Below are positions 14,712-24,300 of a stretch of DNA of 25,043 bases, in pieces; the stretch's first letter is position 1; the number at the start of each line of letters is the position of its first letter. The position numbers and the translations under genes are program-made. The DNA comes from a virus (lineage: Duplodnaviria > Caudoviricetes). The stretch covers positions 1 to 25,043 of IMG/VR virus record IMGVR_UViG_3300026039_000010; one strand, given 5' to 3'. The notes under the pieces are model-generated. The model worked only from the letters and a program-made list of their open reading frames with translations. It ran no database searches and was not told the DNA's origin.

Positions 14712-15854
14712 TTGGCTACGCCTGGAAAAGTAGGACGAGTCCTAATAAAATCAAGCGCTTCGGCGGTTGCATTTACCGACGAGGCAACGGGATCAAGTGC
14801 CGGATATAAACGATATACAATAACTGATTCGACTAAAGCATATTGGGATAAGGATACTGCAATTGTCGTTGAAGTTGACGATGTAGTTGTAGCGTCCGGA
14901 TATTCAATCGAATATCCCGGCGGAGTTATTGTTTTCGATGCCGTACAAGATTCCGATGCAGTTGTGACGGTTTCCGGTAAATATTTTGTCGTTGAGCAAT
15001 TGGCCGGGTTTTTTAATTGGTCATTGACGGTTAACAATACCACAATTGATGCAACGTCATTTACAAGCGGCGAATGGTCAGAATTTGCGCTTGCGACAAA
15101 AAACTGGGAAGCAACCGCCGAAAAGTTTTGGGCCTCGACCGATGATTTTAGTCAACGAATGGGCGAAGAGGTCATAATTGTATTATATTGTGATTTCGGA
15201 ACGGTCAAGACTAGATTCGAAGGTTACGCAGTTATTCAAAGCGACGAGGTAAGCACACCGGTCAACGAATTAATTAATGATTCGATTTCATTCAAAGGAT
15301 TTGATGGCGTTTATTTTAGGAATGGATTCGACCCTGTCCAATTATTAATTTCCGATTCATTTGACCGCGCTGACAATGCTTCAAGCTTGGGAAATACCGA
15401 TACCGGGCAAACGTGGGTAACATTTACCGGAGTCCCAAGAATTATCAGCAACCAAGCAAGCGCCACAACCGGAATTTATAGAGGATACATCGAAACCGGG
15501 ATTACTGATTGCGTTTTGTCGGCAAAAATTGTTGATGTTGATGCCGATGGAGCCGCGTTAATGTTTAGGATTGTCGATGTTGACAATAGATATTATGTAG
15601 CGGCATATCCCGCATCTTTGATTTTTGGTAAATTTGTTGCTGGAGCGCAAACCGCCGTAACTACAATCGCATTAGCTTTTGCCGAGAATGAAATAGTGAA
15701 AGTTGTTGTCAATGGTACTTCAATTAAAGCCTATGTAAACGGTACTTTACAGATTGATGTAACTGATAGTAGTTTAACGACCGGTACTAAATGCGGAATT
15801 GGTCTAGGGACGAGCGACGATTATTTAGATGATTTCAAAATTGAGGCTATTTAA
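14712..15854 (+). CDS. Second tail-tube paralog with an inserted N-proximal domain and a C-terminal lectin/ConA-like domain
   Basis: SLTVNNTTIDATSFTSGEWSEF and VSTPV...SISFKG align with the upstream tube protein; C-terminal DSFDRADNASSLG...YLDDFKIEAI beta-sandwich; TTG start behind GGAGGTG. Confidence 0.75.
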   Translation: MATPGKVGRVLIKSSASAVAFTDEATGSSAGYKRYTITDSTKAYWDKDTAIVVEVDDVVVASGYSIEYPGGVIVFDAVQDSDAVVTVSGKYFVVEQLAGFFNWSLTVNNTTIDATSFTSGEWSEFALATKNWEATAEKFWASTDDFSQRMGEEVIIVLYCDFGTVKTRFEGYAVIQSDEVSTPVNELINDSISFKGFDGVYFRNGFDPVQLLISDSFDRADNASSLGNTDTGQTWVTFTGVPRIISNQASATTGIYRGYIETGITDCVLSAKIVDVDADGAALMFRIVDVDNRYYVAAYPASLIFGKFVAGAQTAVTTIALAFAENEIVKVVVNGTSIKAYVNGTLQIDVTDSSLTTGTKCGIGLGTSDDYLDDFKIEAI

Positions 15855-15860
15855 GAATTT

Positions 15861-15882
15861 GGGCGGCGTAAAGTCGCCCTTT
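15861..15882 (+). terminator. Terminator-like hairpin after the tail-tube genes
   Basis: GGGCGGC-gtaaa-GTCGCCC then TTT. Confidence 0.5.
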
Positions 15883-15900
15883 AAATTTAAGGAGGGGGCA

Positions 15901-16131
15901 ATGATGTTTGTTTCAGCTGATAATCCGAAAACCGGTCGAGCAACAGTGCTGTGCAATGGAAAACCATTATCATATTGTTACGCAGCGGATTCCGATTTAG
16001 GGATAGCCCTATGTTTTGCTGTCAACGAAAAGGGAAAAGTTTACGCAGATCATGAAACAAAAAACTTTAAAAAAAATTTAGTTCAAGGTAAAATCGAAAT
16101 TTTGAATATAAAGGAGAGACGGCAATGTTAA
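15901..16131 (+). CDS. Hypothetical protein (76 aa) inserted in the tail module
   Basis: ATG 15901 behind AAGGAGG; overlaps the chaperone start. Confidence 0.7.
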   Translation: MMFVSADNPKTGRATVLCNGKPLSYCYAADSDLGIALCFAVNEKGKVYADHETKNFKKNLVQGKIEILNIKERRQC

Positions 16132-16493
16132 ATGCAGTTGATTTTAATTATTTCGGAAAACCACGTCATTTAAAATTTGACATTAACGCCATGGGCGATT
16201 TCGAACGGGAAATGAAACTCAGTGTTATGGCAGCCATGAGCGCAGAACGTTTTGGGCTTGACGCCACCAGGGTGCTGCTATGGGCTGGATTAAAACACGA
16301 AGATCAGTCTCTGACTCCATATAAAATAGGGAATTGGATTCAAAAATACATTGTCGACAATGAAGTTGGTTTGATTGAAGCATTAACTACGTTTCAAGAA
16401 CCAATTTTGGAGGCCATGCGTCTAAGTAAAATATTCGGCGAAATTAAAACCGATGATGAAGAATTGGGAAACGCGGGAGCGGAGGAAGTATAA
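16125..16493 (+). CDS. Tail assembly chaperone (lambda gpG equivalent)
   Basis: LKFDINAM...E, R.LLWAGLKHED..LT motif; ends ...ELGNA at a slippery site; precedes the TMP. Confidence 0.9.
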   Translation: MLNAVDFNYFGKPRHLKFDINAMGDFEREMKLSVMAAMSAERFGLDATRVLLWAGLKHEDQSLTPYKIGNWIQKYIVDNEVGLIEALTTFQEPILEAMRLSKIFGEIKTDDEELGNAGAEEV

Positions 16494-16510
16494 AACCTTA
16501 CCTCCGCTTT
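16466..16510 (+). other. Programmed -1 ribosomal frameshift signal: G GGA AAC plus stimulatory hairpin
   Basis: In-frame XXXYYYZ heptamer at 16466-16472; 5-nt spacer; AGCGGAGG(16478-16485)/CCTCCGCT(16501-16508) stem. Confidence 0.88.
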
Positions 16511-16828
16511 TGTGATTGGGTCGAGGACGAAGAATCTTTTGCATATGGAGCTTTAGGGCTTACGCCGTATGAATTTGGTTGTCTGACATTTGGCGAGTAC
16601 AAGGCAAAAAAAAGGGGATTTTTTGAAAATCAAAATAACTATCTCAAACAGCAATCATGGTTGATCGGGATGATGGCAGCAAGAGCAATAAGCGCGAGCG
16701 AAAAGCATCCCTATCCCCCGCTTGATAAATTTATAAACAACGAAGAAGCCGAGCAAGAAGAAACGGACGAAAAGCTGTTTAAATTGGCGCAGGAAAAGGG
16801 AATTGAAATCCCGGAAGGGGTGGTTTAA
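16472..16828 (+). CDS. -1 frame extension of the tail chaperone (lambda gpT equivalent; fusion about 234 aa), not in ORF track
   Basis: Open -1 frame RGSGGSIKPYLRFCDW...ALGLTPYEFGCLTFGEY...GIEIPEGVV* ending 1 nt before the TMP ATG; LGLxPxEFxxLT is typical of gpT-like segments. Confidence 0.88.
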   Translation, partial: RGSGGSIKPYLRFCDWVEDEESFAYGALGLTPYEFGCLTFGEYKAKKRGFFENQNNYLKQQSWLIGMMAARAISASEKHPYPPLDKFINNEEAEQEETDEKLFKLAQEKGIEIPEGVV

Positions 16829-16829
16829 T

Positions 16830-19800
16830 ATGGCACAAGCTGGGAGCCTGTGGATTAAGCTTGGTCTTAACTCAAAATCATTTAATACCGATCTAAAAAA
16901 AGCCGAGCAGCAAATGAAAGCATTTAGTAAAAATATAGGCGCATTAGGTGCGACCATGACCAATGCGTTTACAATTCCCCTCTTGGCAATTGGAGCGGCG
17001 GCACTTAAATCATCTCATGATATAAACAATGCCTATTCTACGATTAGAACTGGAACGGGAGCCACCGGGACGGCGTTAGAACAACTTAAAAAAAGTTTCA
17101 ATACTGTTTTTTCCAATGTACCGAGTTCGGCGGCAGAAGCCGGACAAGCTATTGCCGATTTGAGCACGAGAACAGGGCAAACCGGAAAGGCATTAGAAAA
17201 ATTAGCAATTCAAGAATTGAATTTGGCACGAATACAAAAGACCGACATTGCTTCAACCGTTGCCTCTACAACTCGAATATTCGGAGACTGGGGCATAGCA
17301 ACCAACGAGCAAAGCAGAGCTTTAAATTATCTTTTCAAGGCGTCACAAGCTACCGGCCCTAGTGTTCAGCGTATCGGTGAGTTAATAGTCCAATATGGCG
17401 CTCCTATGCGTCAAATGGGGTTTAGCTTCGAACAAGCCGCGGCTTTAATGGGTAAGTTTGAAAAAGAAGGCGTCAACACTGAAACTGTCATGTCATCTTT
17501 CCGAATTGGGCTAATCAAACTATCTCAAAGTGGCGAAAATATACCCGAAACTTTTGCTAGAGTGATTGAGGCAATTAAAAATGTAGGATCGACTGCAGAA
17601 GCCAATGTAATGGCGGCAGAAATATTTGGTAAACGAGCCGGCCCTGATATGGCCGCGGCAATACGCGAAGGTCGGTTTGGGATTAATGACTTAATTAAAA
17701 GTCTTAATAGCAGCCGTGAAACCATTAATAAAGCTGCCGAAGACGCCTTGACCTTCGGCGATAAAATGAAACGCATGGCAAATAAAGCCGAAGTGGCTTT
17801 TGCTCCTGTTGGCAGCGCACTGGAAAAAGCGTTCGAAAAAATGTTTCCTGCCGTTGAAAAATTGTTGCAAAAAATTGCAGATTTAGCCGAATGGTTTGCC
17901 AACTTAAGCCCCAAAATGCAAGAAAATATTATTAACGCCGGTTTGTTCGTTGCAGCAGCTGGGCCAATGTTAACTATTATTAGCAAATTAGCCGCAGGGA
18001 TAAAGGGGTTAGTTGAGGCGCTGGCATGGTTGGCTAGTGGCGGGATCATTAAAGGTATTAAAGGGATAGGAACCGCGTTAAGCACAACAAAAACATCAGT
18101 TGTTTTGCTAGCTAAATCGTTTAGTTCCTTTTTGGTCGGAGGCGCGATCATTGCCGGTTTTATTGCTCTTGCAGCGGCAATAAGCGAATGTATCAAACAA
18201 GAAAATATTTTGATGCAAAAGCAAAAAATTTCCGATACGTCGTTAGGGCAATTGACCGATCCAAAGAAAATTAAAGAAGCACTAAAAGTCGAACAAGAAA
18301 AAAATAAACTTTTAGCCGAGCAAGTTGCCCAATCGAAGGGAATTGTAGCTAGTTATCGCGGAGCTGATACGCCTTATTCCCGAGACGCCGAAAAGGGGTT
18401 GGCTAAAGTTGAAGCTGAAAAGGCCACGTCTGATATACGACTTGCAAAATTGAATGCAATGGCTTATCCAAAACCGAAGGCCAAAACGCCAGAGGTTGAA
18501 ACGCCAAAAATTACTAGCACTACGACATTATTCCCGGAAACTGAAAAATCAAAAACTCCCGCCGATATCATCAAAGAATATGGCGAAGCTTTAACCGAAA
18601 TTAAAAACAAAGAATCGGCAATGACTTCCCTGTTTGACGAACCAGCGGCCAAGGCGGATTTATTGCTTTCTAAAATTCAGGAGCTTTCAGCAATTGATCC
18701 CAGCAATAAAGTTTTAAAAAGCTGGATTACCGACTATAAAACCATCACCGACGATATTGAAACAGCCAAAAAGCTCGAAGAAGATCGGCTTGAACAAGAG
18801 AAAAAAATAACAGAAGAGCTTGAAAAGCAAAACAAGCGGCGCGAAGACGCTATAAGCTACATGCAAGAGCTTGCCGATGCGGCTGAAACCGCCGGACAGC
18901 CAGAAGGGCTTGAGTCCGATAAAACTTGGAATGAACAAATAAAAAAGCTTAATGAAAAGTTTTATGTGCAACAAGCGACGACTCAGGAAGAATATAATGC
19001 GTCAAGAGCCAATATTGATAAGATTTGGGCCGCTAATCATGAAAAAGAAGCCACGGATGCATGGCAGTCTGAACTTGATAAATACACTGATGCTATTACT
19101 AAACAAATGCAACTCGATCAAGATTTAACCAAAGATCAAAAGAAACAAATCGAACAACGGCTTGCAAACAGGCTTTTGGAGCTAGACCCAAACACTCCTG
19201 AGTATGACGCGACTTTCGACATATACAAAAATTTAGGGACGTCCAACTTGGCGAGCAGTGACATATTTGGCGTTCGCTGGCAAGCCGGTCTTGCAGACGG
19301 AATTAAAAGCCTTCAATCATTTGGTGATACCGTCCAACAAATATCATCAAGCATTGCATCCAGTATGTCGTCAGCTTTTGAAACGGAATTTTTTAACATT
19401 TTTCAAGGTGAGTATTCAAATCTTAAAGAAATGTTCTCCAGTCTTGAAGATATTGTCGCTGATTTCCTAAATTCAATCACTCAAAACATTAGCAAAATGT
19501 TAGCCAATATGGCGACGCAGCAATTAATGAGCTGGATTAGCTCGTTGACTGGTACCGCCGCAAGTGTTGGGTCAGCCGCAAGTGTTGGTGCGGGCTCGGT
19601 TATCGGAACAAGTGTTGGGTCGGCCGCGAGCATTGGGGCGGGTTCGGTTATATCTGGAGCGCTTGCAGGGGGTGGTTCGGTATCATCGAACAACGCCTAT
19701 CTTGTTGGCGAAAAAGGGCCGGAATTATTTGTACCATCATCTTCTGGTTCTGTCATTGCCAATTCCCAACTAGCGGCAATGAATCAAGGTTCCGGTGGTT

Positions 19801-19979
19801 CGGGCGGCGGAAACGTGTCGGTCAATGTTATTAATAGCACCGGGACACAAGCAACTGCCAAAGTAACATCTAAAAAGAGCGATTCTACTGGAAACCAGGC
19901 CATTACAGTAGTTATGGAAGCAGTTCGAAAAAACACCGGAGGAAGCAGGGATTTCTTTAGAGCTTTAGGTAATTCGTGA
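16830..19979 (+). CDS. Tail tape measure protein
   Basis: About 1050 aa Ala-rich helical protein; MAQAGSLWIKLGL start, IFGKRAGP, hydrophobic mid segment, C-terminal AGGGSV...YLVGEKGPELFVP. Confidence 0.95.
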   Translation: MAQAGSLWIKLGLNSKSFNTDLKKAEQQMKAFSKNIGALGATMTNAFTIPLLAIGAAALKSSHDINNAYSTIRTGTGATGTALEQLKKSFNTVFSNVPSSAAEAGQAIADLSTRTGQTGKALEKLAIQELNLARIQKTDIASTVASTTRIFGDWGIATNEQSRALNYLFKASQATGPSVQRIGELIVQYGAPMRQMGFSFEQAAALMGKFEKEGVNTETVMSSFRIGLIKLSQSGENIPETFARVIEAIKNVGSTAEANVMAAEIFGKRAGPDMAAAIREGRFGINDLIKSLNSSRETINKAAEDALTFGDKMKRMANKAEVAFAPVGSALEKAFEKMFPAVEKLLQKIADLAEWFANLSPKMQENIINAGLFVAAAGPMLTIISKLAAGIKGLVEALAWLASGGIIKGIKGIGTALSTTKTSVVLLAKSFSSFLVGGAIIAGFIALAAAISECIKQENILMQKQKISDTSLGQLTDPKKIKEALKVEQEKNKLLAEQVAQSKGIVASYRGADTPYSRDAEKGLAKVEAEKATSDIRLAKLNAMAYPKPKAKTPEVETPKITSTTTLFPETEKSKTPADIIKEYGEALTEIKNKESAMTSLFDEPAAKADLLLSKIQELSAIDPSNKVLKSWITDYKTITDDIETAKKLEEDRLEQEKKITEELEKQNKRREDAISYMQELADAAETAGQPEGLESDKTWNEQIKKLNEKFYVQQATTQEEYNASRANIDKIWAANHEKEATDAWQSELDKYTDAITKQMQLDQDLTKDQKKQIEQRLANRLLELDPNTPEYDATFDIYKNLGTSNLASSDIFGVRWQAGLADGIKSLQSFGDTVQQISSSIASSMSSAFETEFFNIFQGEYSNLKEMFSSLEDIVADFLNSITQNISKMLANMATQQLMSWISSLTGTAASVGSAASVGAGSVIGTSVGSAASIGAGSVISGALAGGGSVSSNNAYLVGEKGPELFVPSSSGSVIANSQLAAMNQGSGGSGGGNVSVNVINSTGTQATAKVTSKKSDSTGNQAITVVMEAVRKNTGGSRDFFRALGNS
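19557..19656 (+). repeat. Imperfect 48-bp tandem duplication with a nested 18-bp unit in the TMP
   Basis: CAAGTGTTGGGTC starts at 19561 and 19609; encodes SVGSAASVGAGSVIGT/SVGSAASIGAGSVISG. Confidence 0.85.
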
Positions 19980-19989
19980 GGTGATTTAA

Positions 19990-20352
19990 TTGGCTAATCC
20001 AACTTTTCCCACTTTATCAAGAAAACCGGCATCAATTAGTTTTGGGATTGAAGATCCCGGTTTGAAAACGGATATGTCAGATGGCTATTCGGTAAGCAGG
20101 GCGCGATTCACAAGATCGCGCTTTACTTTTACAGTTAATTATTCGGCAATGACATACGCCGACAAAGAAGCGATCGAGGATTTTTACCGGGAAACAATTT
20201 ACGGATCGGCGCTTGCATTCAATTGGACTTGCAATGATCCAAGTTCCAAATATTATAATACTGTTTATGCCGTCAGGATGACAGAAACCCCGGAAATGAC
20301 ATTTGTTCAGCCTCACTGGTGGAGCATTCAGCTCGTCATGGAGGAGATATAA
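19990..20352 (+). CDS. Distal tail protein (lambda gpM-like)
   Basis: DGY..SRARFTRSR..F.V.Y, F.W motifs; 120 aa directly after the TMP; TTG start behind GAGGTGA. Confidence 0.8.
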   Translation: MANPTFPTLSRKPASISFGIEDPGLKTDMSDGYSVSRARFTRSRFTFTVNYSAMTYADKEAIEDFYRETIYGSALAFNWTCNDPSSKYYNTVYAVRMTETPEMTFVQPHWWSIQLVMEEI

Positions 20353-20966
20353 TGCCAAATGAATTGACGCTATTACAAAGGCTTGAAAAAAACCGTTTAT
20401 CGTCGGGCGGCGCTTGGATTATCTTACTTGATATTAATGTCAATGATATTTATTTTGTGAAGGTTTGCAATAATAATGAGGATATAACTTATGACGGGGA
20501 TGTTTACGCTGCCTTCCCTTTTTCGATGGAAGTCATAACTCTTGAGGATAGCAAAGGCGAAACAAACGAAGTTAGCGTTAAGGTCTCAAATCTTACCGGG
20601 ATCATCATGAATTATATCGAAGAAACCAACGGCGCTATTAATTCGACCATTACTATCAAAGCTATTAGCTCAAAACATTTGGAAGAAAGCCCCGCGTTTG
20701 AAGCGACGATGAAAATAGCCTCCGTGAGTTATGACGATTCTTGGATTGAACTGAAATTATCGGCTGACTATATTACATCATTTAGAATCCCAATGCGGAC
20801 GTATAAACGGGATTTCTGTGATTACCAATTTAAAGGCGTTGAATGCGGATATAATGGTTCAGAAACCGAATGTGATCGGAGCCTAAAGCGTTGTCGAGAG
20901 CTTGACAACGAAATCCGCTATGGCGGCGAGCCGACGATCGGAAGTGGTTTCTATGTTGACGAGTAG
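20352..20966 (+). CDS. Minor tail protein L-like (DUF1833) with C-terminal four-Cys cluster
   Basis: NNEDITYDG..Y.AFPF, VSN; CDYQFKGVECGY...CDRSLKRC...N..RYGGEP matches the lambda gpL Fe-S motif. Confidence 0.87.
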   Translation: MPNELTLLQRLEKNRLSSGGAWIILLDINVNDIYFVKVCNNNEDITYDGDVYAAFPFSMEVITLEDSKGETNEVSVKVSNLTGIIMNYIEETNGAINSTITIKAISSKHLEESPAFEATMKIASVSYDDSWIELKLSADYITSFRIPMRTYKRDFCDYQFKGVECGYNGSETECDRSLKRCRELDNEIRYGGEPTIGSGFYVDE

Positions 20967-21345
20967 TTTAAACGATTTGATCGGCGCTCCATTTGTCGAT
21001 GGTGGAACGGGTCCGGGCTATGATTGTTGGCATTTGGCGATGGAAGTATGGCGGCGTTTAACTGGGCAGGAATTACCGGATTACCGGATTCCGTGCCATA
21101 GCTCAAACCGGATCAGCGCTAAAATCAAAAGTGAAGCAGCAACTAAATATGAAAAAATTATTAATCCACCAGTTCCGGCACTGGTGGTTTTTAAATTTAA
21201 CGATCCGATCTATGCCAACCACATTGGGGTTTATATTGGCGGGTGTCGGTTTATTCATGCACGGGAAAAGACCGGGGTATGCATTGACCGGCTAGACCAT
21301 CCTTATTGGCGCTGCGCGGTGCAGGGATTCTATTTACCGAGGTGA
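20953..21345 (+). CDS. NlpC/P60 tail tip protein (lambda gpK-like, lacking the JAB domain)
   Basis: IGAPF..GG.GPGYDCWHL (catalytic Cys), HIGVYIG..RFIHA. Confidence 0.9.
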   Translation: MLTSSLNDLIGAPFVDGGTGPGYDCWHLAMEVWRRLTGQELPDYRIPCHSSNRISAKIKSEAATKYEKIINPPVPALVVFKFNDPIYANHIGVYIGGCRFIHAREKTGVCIDRLDHPYWRCAVQGFYLPR

Positions 21346-21349
21346 CAAA

Positions 21350-24300
21350 ATGAAATTAACAATAATCAAGAATCCATTCGATAATAATAGCCGTGCTTTT
21401 AAAGATATTGAGCCTAATAAACCTATATTTGAATTGGTCAGGCCATTTATCCCGGATTGCAAGTATGAGATTATTCTTGATGATCGGGTGATTCCTTTTG
21501 AGGAGTCAAAAGCGATTATTCCAAAAGACGATCAGACTTTGGCAATTCGGGCAACAATTGGAGGCAGTAGCAGCTCTAATAAAAATATTTTATCTGCGGT
21601 TGCGAGTTTGGCGTTGGCAATTACAACTCTTGGGGTGGGCTCGTTAATAGCTGGAGGAACGTTTATTGGTTCTGGAATGGTAGCGACCGGTTGGGGAATG
21701 GCTTCGTGGCTGGGAGCATTGGGTGTCTCCCTCGTTGGTGGTTATCTGATGAATTTGTGGTTTGGTGCCGATGATGACGATTCCGAGACCACTTATGACT
21801 GGGGTAGCGTTGAAGCAAATGACCGCGAGGGTGGCGCGGTACAAATGACTTATGGGACAATTAAGGTGGGTGCTAGTGGTCAGGCACAGGTACTAAGTCA
21901 ATATATTACTTATGACGGTAGTTATCAATATCTTAACGTCCTTTTATGCGGTGGCGAGGGACCATGCGACTATACCGGAGATGGTGAAAACGATAATTGC
22001 ACAGGAATCAGTAATATTGAAATCAATGACAATGCTATAGCTAATTATGATGATGTTATTGTTTATAAACGCGCCGGATTAAATAATCAATCTATAATCC
22101 CCAACTTTGATGATTCCTATGATGTTAAAAGCCTATCCTATGAGTTGGCATACGATCCGGATGAAGAATCAGAATGGAAAACTGATCAAACATATGGTGT
22201 CGGAGCGGGGCTAGAAATCGTATTTCAATTTCCATCCGGATTATATCGCGTAAAGGACAGCGGTTCTTTAGCATCCACATCCGTAATTATTCAATCACAA
22301 TATAAACTTGTGGCTGATTCCGATTGGACGGATTGGGATACTTGGACAATTAGCGCCAAGCAAAACGAACCTCTGTACATTGTCAAACGTCTCGACAACA
22401 TAACCGAGGGACAATACGACGTCAGGGCGCGTTGCACGTCAAAAAGCGGGACTTCCACTTCATATTCGAACGCCACATACTGGATTTCGGTGGCAACAAT
22501 TACCTATGATAATTTTACGAGACCAAACAAGGTTTTATTGGCCATTAAAGCTCTTGCGACCGATCAACTATCCGGAAATGTCAATGTGACCTGGAATCAA
22601 ACGCGCAGCTATGTATATGTATGGGTTCCGGACGACGAAACAAATCCATGGGGTTCTGGATCATATATTCAAAAACCCGCCAACAATCCGGCTTGGGCTT
22701 GCTATGATATTATACACGGATGTTATAGACTCTATAACATCAATACTTCGGCATATGAATATGTAATTAAGCGCATTGCGGCGAATAGAATTTTATATGC
22801 TGACTTTAAACAATGGGCTGATTTTTGCGACGAATATGAAATAACCTGCGCTTATTTTGTAAACGAAACTCAAACACTTTGGGATTCTTTAAGTCCATTG
22901 GAAACCATCGGACGCGGAAAAGTGCTTCCTTTTGGGACGCATTTAGGAGTATTGGCAAATTTTCCGGGCGATGTTGTCCAAAAATTTAATTATTCTAATA
23001 TTATTGCTGAAAGTTTTCAAGGCGAATTTGTCGGGCAGAGTGACCGGGCGAATGCTCTAGAAGTATCATTTTTAGATGCGGATAGGGAATTCAAACGTCA
23101 TTATTTCCCAGCATATGGCACCGACTATAACGAAGCGGAAACGGTTAATCCCACATCGATATTTTTACAAGCTTGCGATAGTTTGCCGGTGGCTTGGAGA
23201 CATGCGCAATATCAATTACGACTAAATAAATATCTTTATCGGTCGGCAAAATGGCAATGTGATGTCGACTCCATATCATGCCGGGTTGGTGATGTTGTCG
23301 GTGTAACAACTCCCAAATGGGGTACCGGAGGACGAATTGTAGACGTCGGAGATAATTGGATCGAAGTCGAAAAGACCATCGATGCATTCGGGGAAGTCAT
23401 TGATGGTGTTGAACGAACCCCATTGGCGACCTATATTGTCAAGATTACGCTTTCTGACGATACGATTATTACAAGAACAGTTCGGCAATTAATAAGTTGC
23501 GCCATATTTGGGCGAGCTGGGTATACCTTGGAAAGCGAAAATGGTTCGATAACCGGAACGCGGATTTATTTTACCGAGGAGTTCGCTAACGACCGGGCGG
23601 TGGCGACATATATCGATGATACCACTTTTACGGTTGTCGGTGATTTGACCGCTAATTTTCCGGCAGATAAAACTGACCTGATTCTTTACGCCGGTTATGG
23701 TGACATGTACCAAACAACCATTGTAAGCAGCAGTTATAACGGGACATTAACAACGGTAGTTTGCGATAACGTGCCGTCAGACATTACGGAAGCGCGGTGG
23801 GGATTTACCAAGCCGGATCAATATAATCTCTACAGTTTCGGGACTAACGGGACGGATTGCAAGCTGTTTCGATTGACAAGGATCGAACGTCACGACGATT
23901 TAACCGCCACTTTGTCGGGATTAGAATATATTGAGGAGGTTTACCAAGACGATACCGAAGTTCCAGAGATTGAAAGCGGGGCAGACACTGGGACGGTGAC
24001 GGTAAGCGTTACGGAACATACGGATCAAGGCGGGGATTTATATCTTGATATCGGTTGGTTGCCTTCGCGAAAGATTTATTATGGCGCATTAGTTTTTATC
24101 AACGGAACGCAGGTTGCTAAAGTTGATATGTCGGTTAATATCTATTCTTACAAGGTAGCGGATATTGGAGAATATATCATTAAAATTGTCACGCTTGATT
24201 ATTTTGGTAATCCATTTGTGAACGCTTCAAAAACGTATACCGTTGTTGGCGAAACCGCGCCCGGAGATGTAACTAATTTGGACATAGCCTATAAAGGCGA

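Noticed and set aside
15300-15345. Frameshift or read-through signal separating the tube domain from the lectin domain in tube 2
   Set aside because: The frame is continuous and I see no in-frame XXXYYYZ heptamer or stop at the junction
16606-16613. A8 run as a second slippery site or sequencing error
   Set aside because: The -1 frame stays open through it to a stop adjacent to the TMP start, so no further shift is needed
17525-18196. Minus-strand 223-aa ORF
   Set aside because: Typical antisense shadow of the Ala-rich TMP codon pattern
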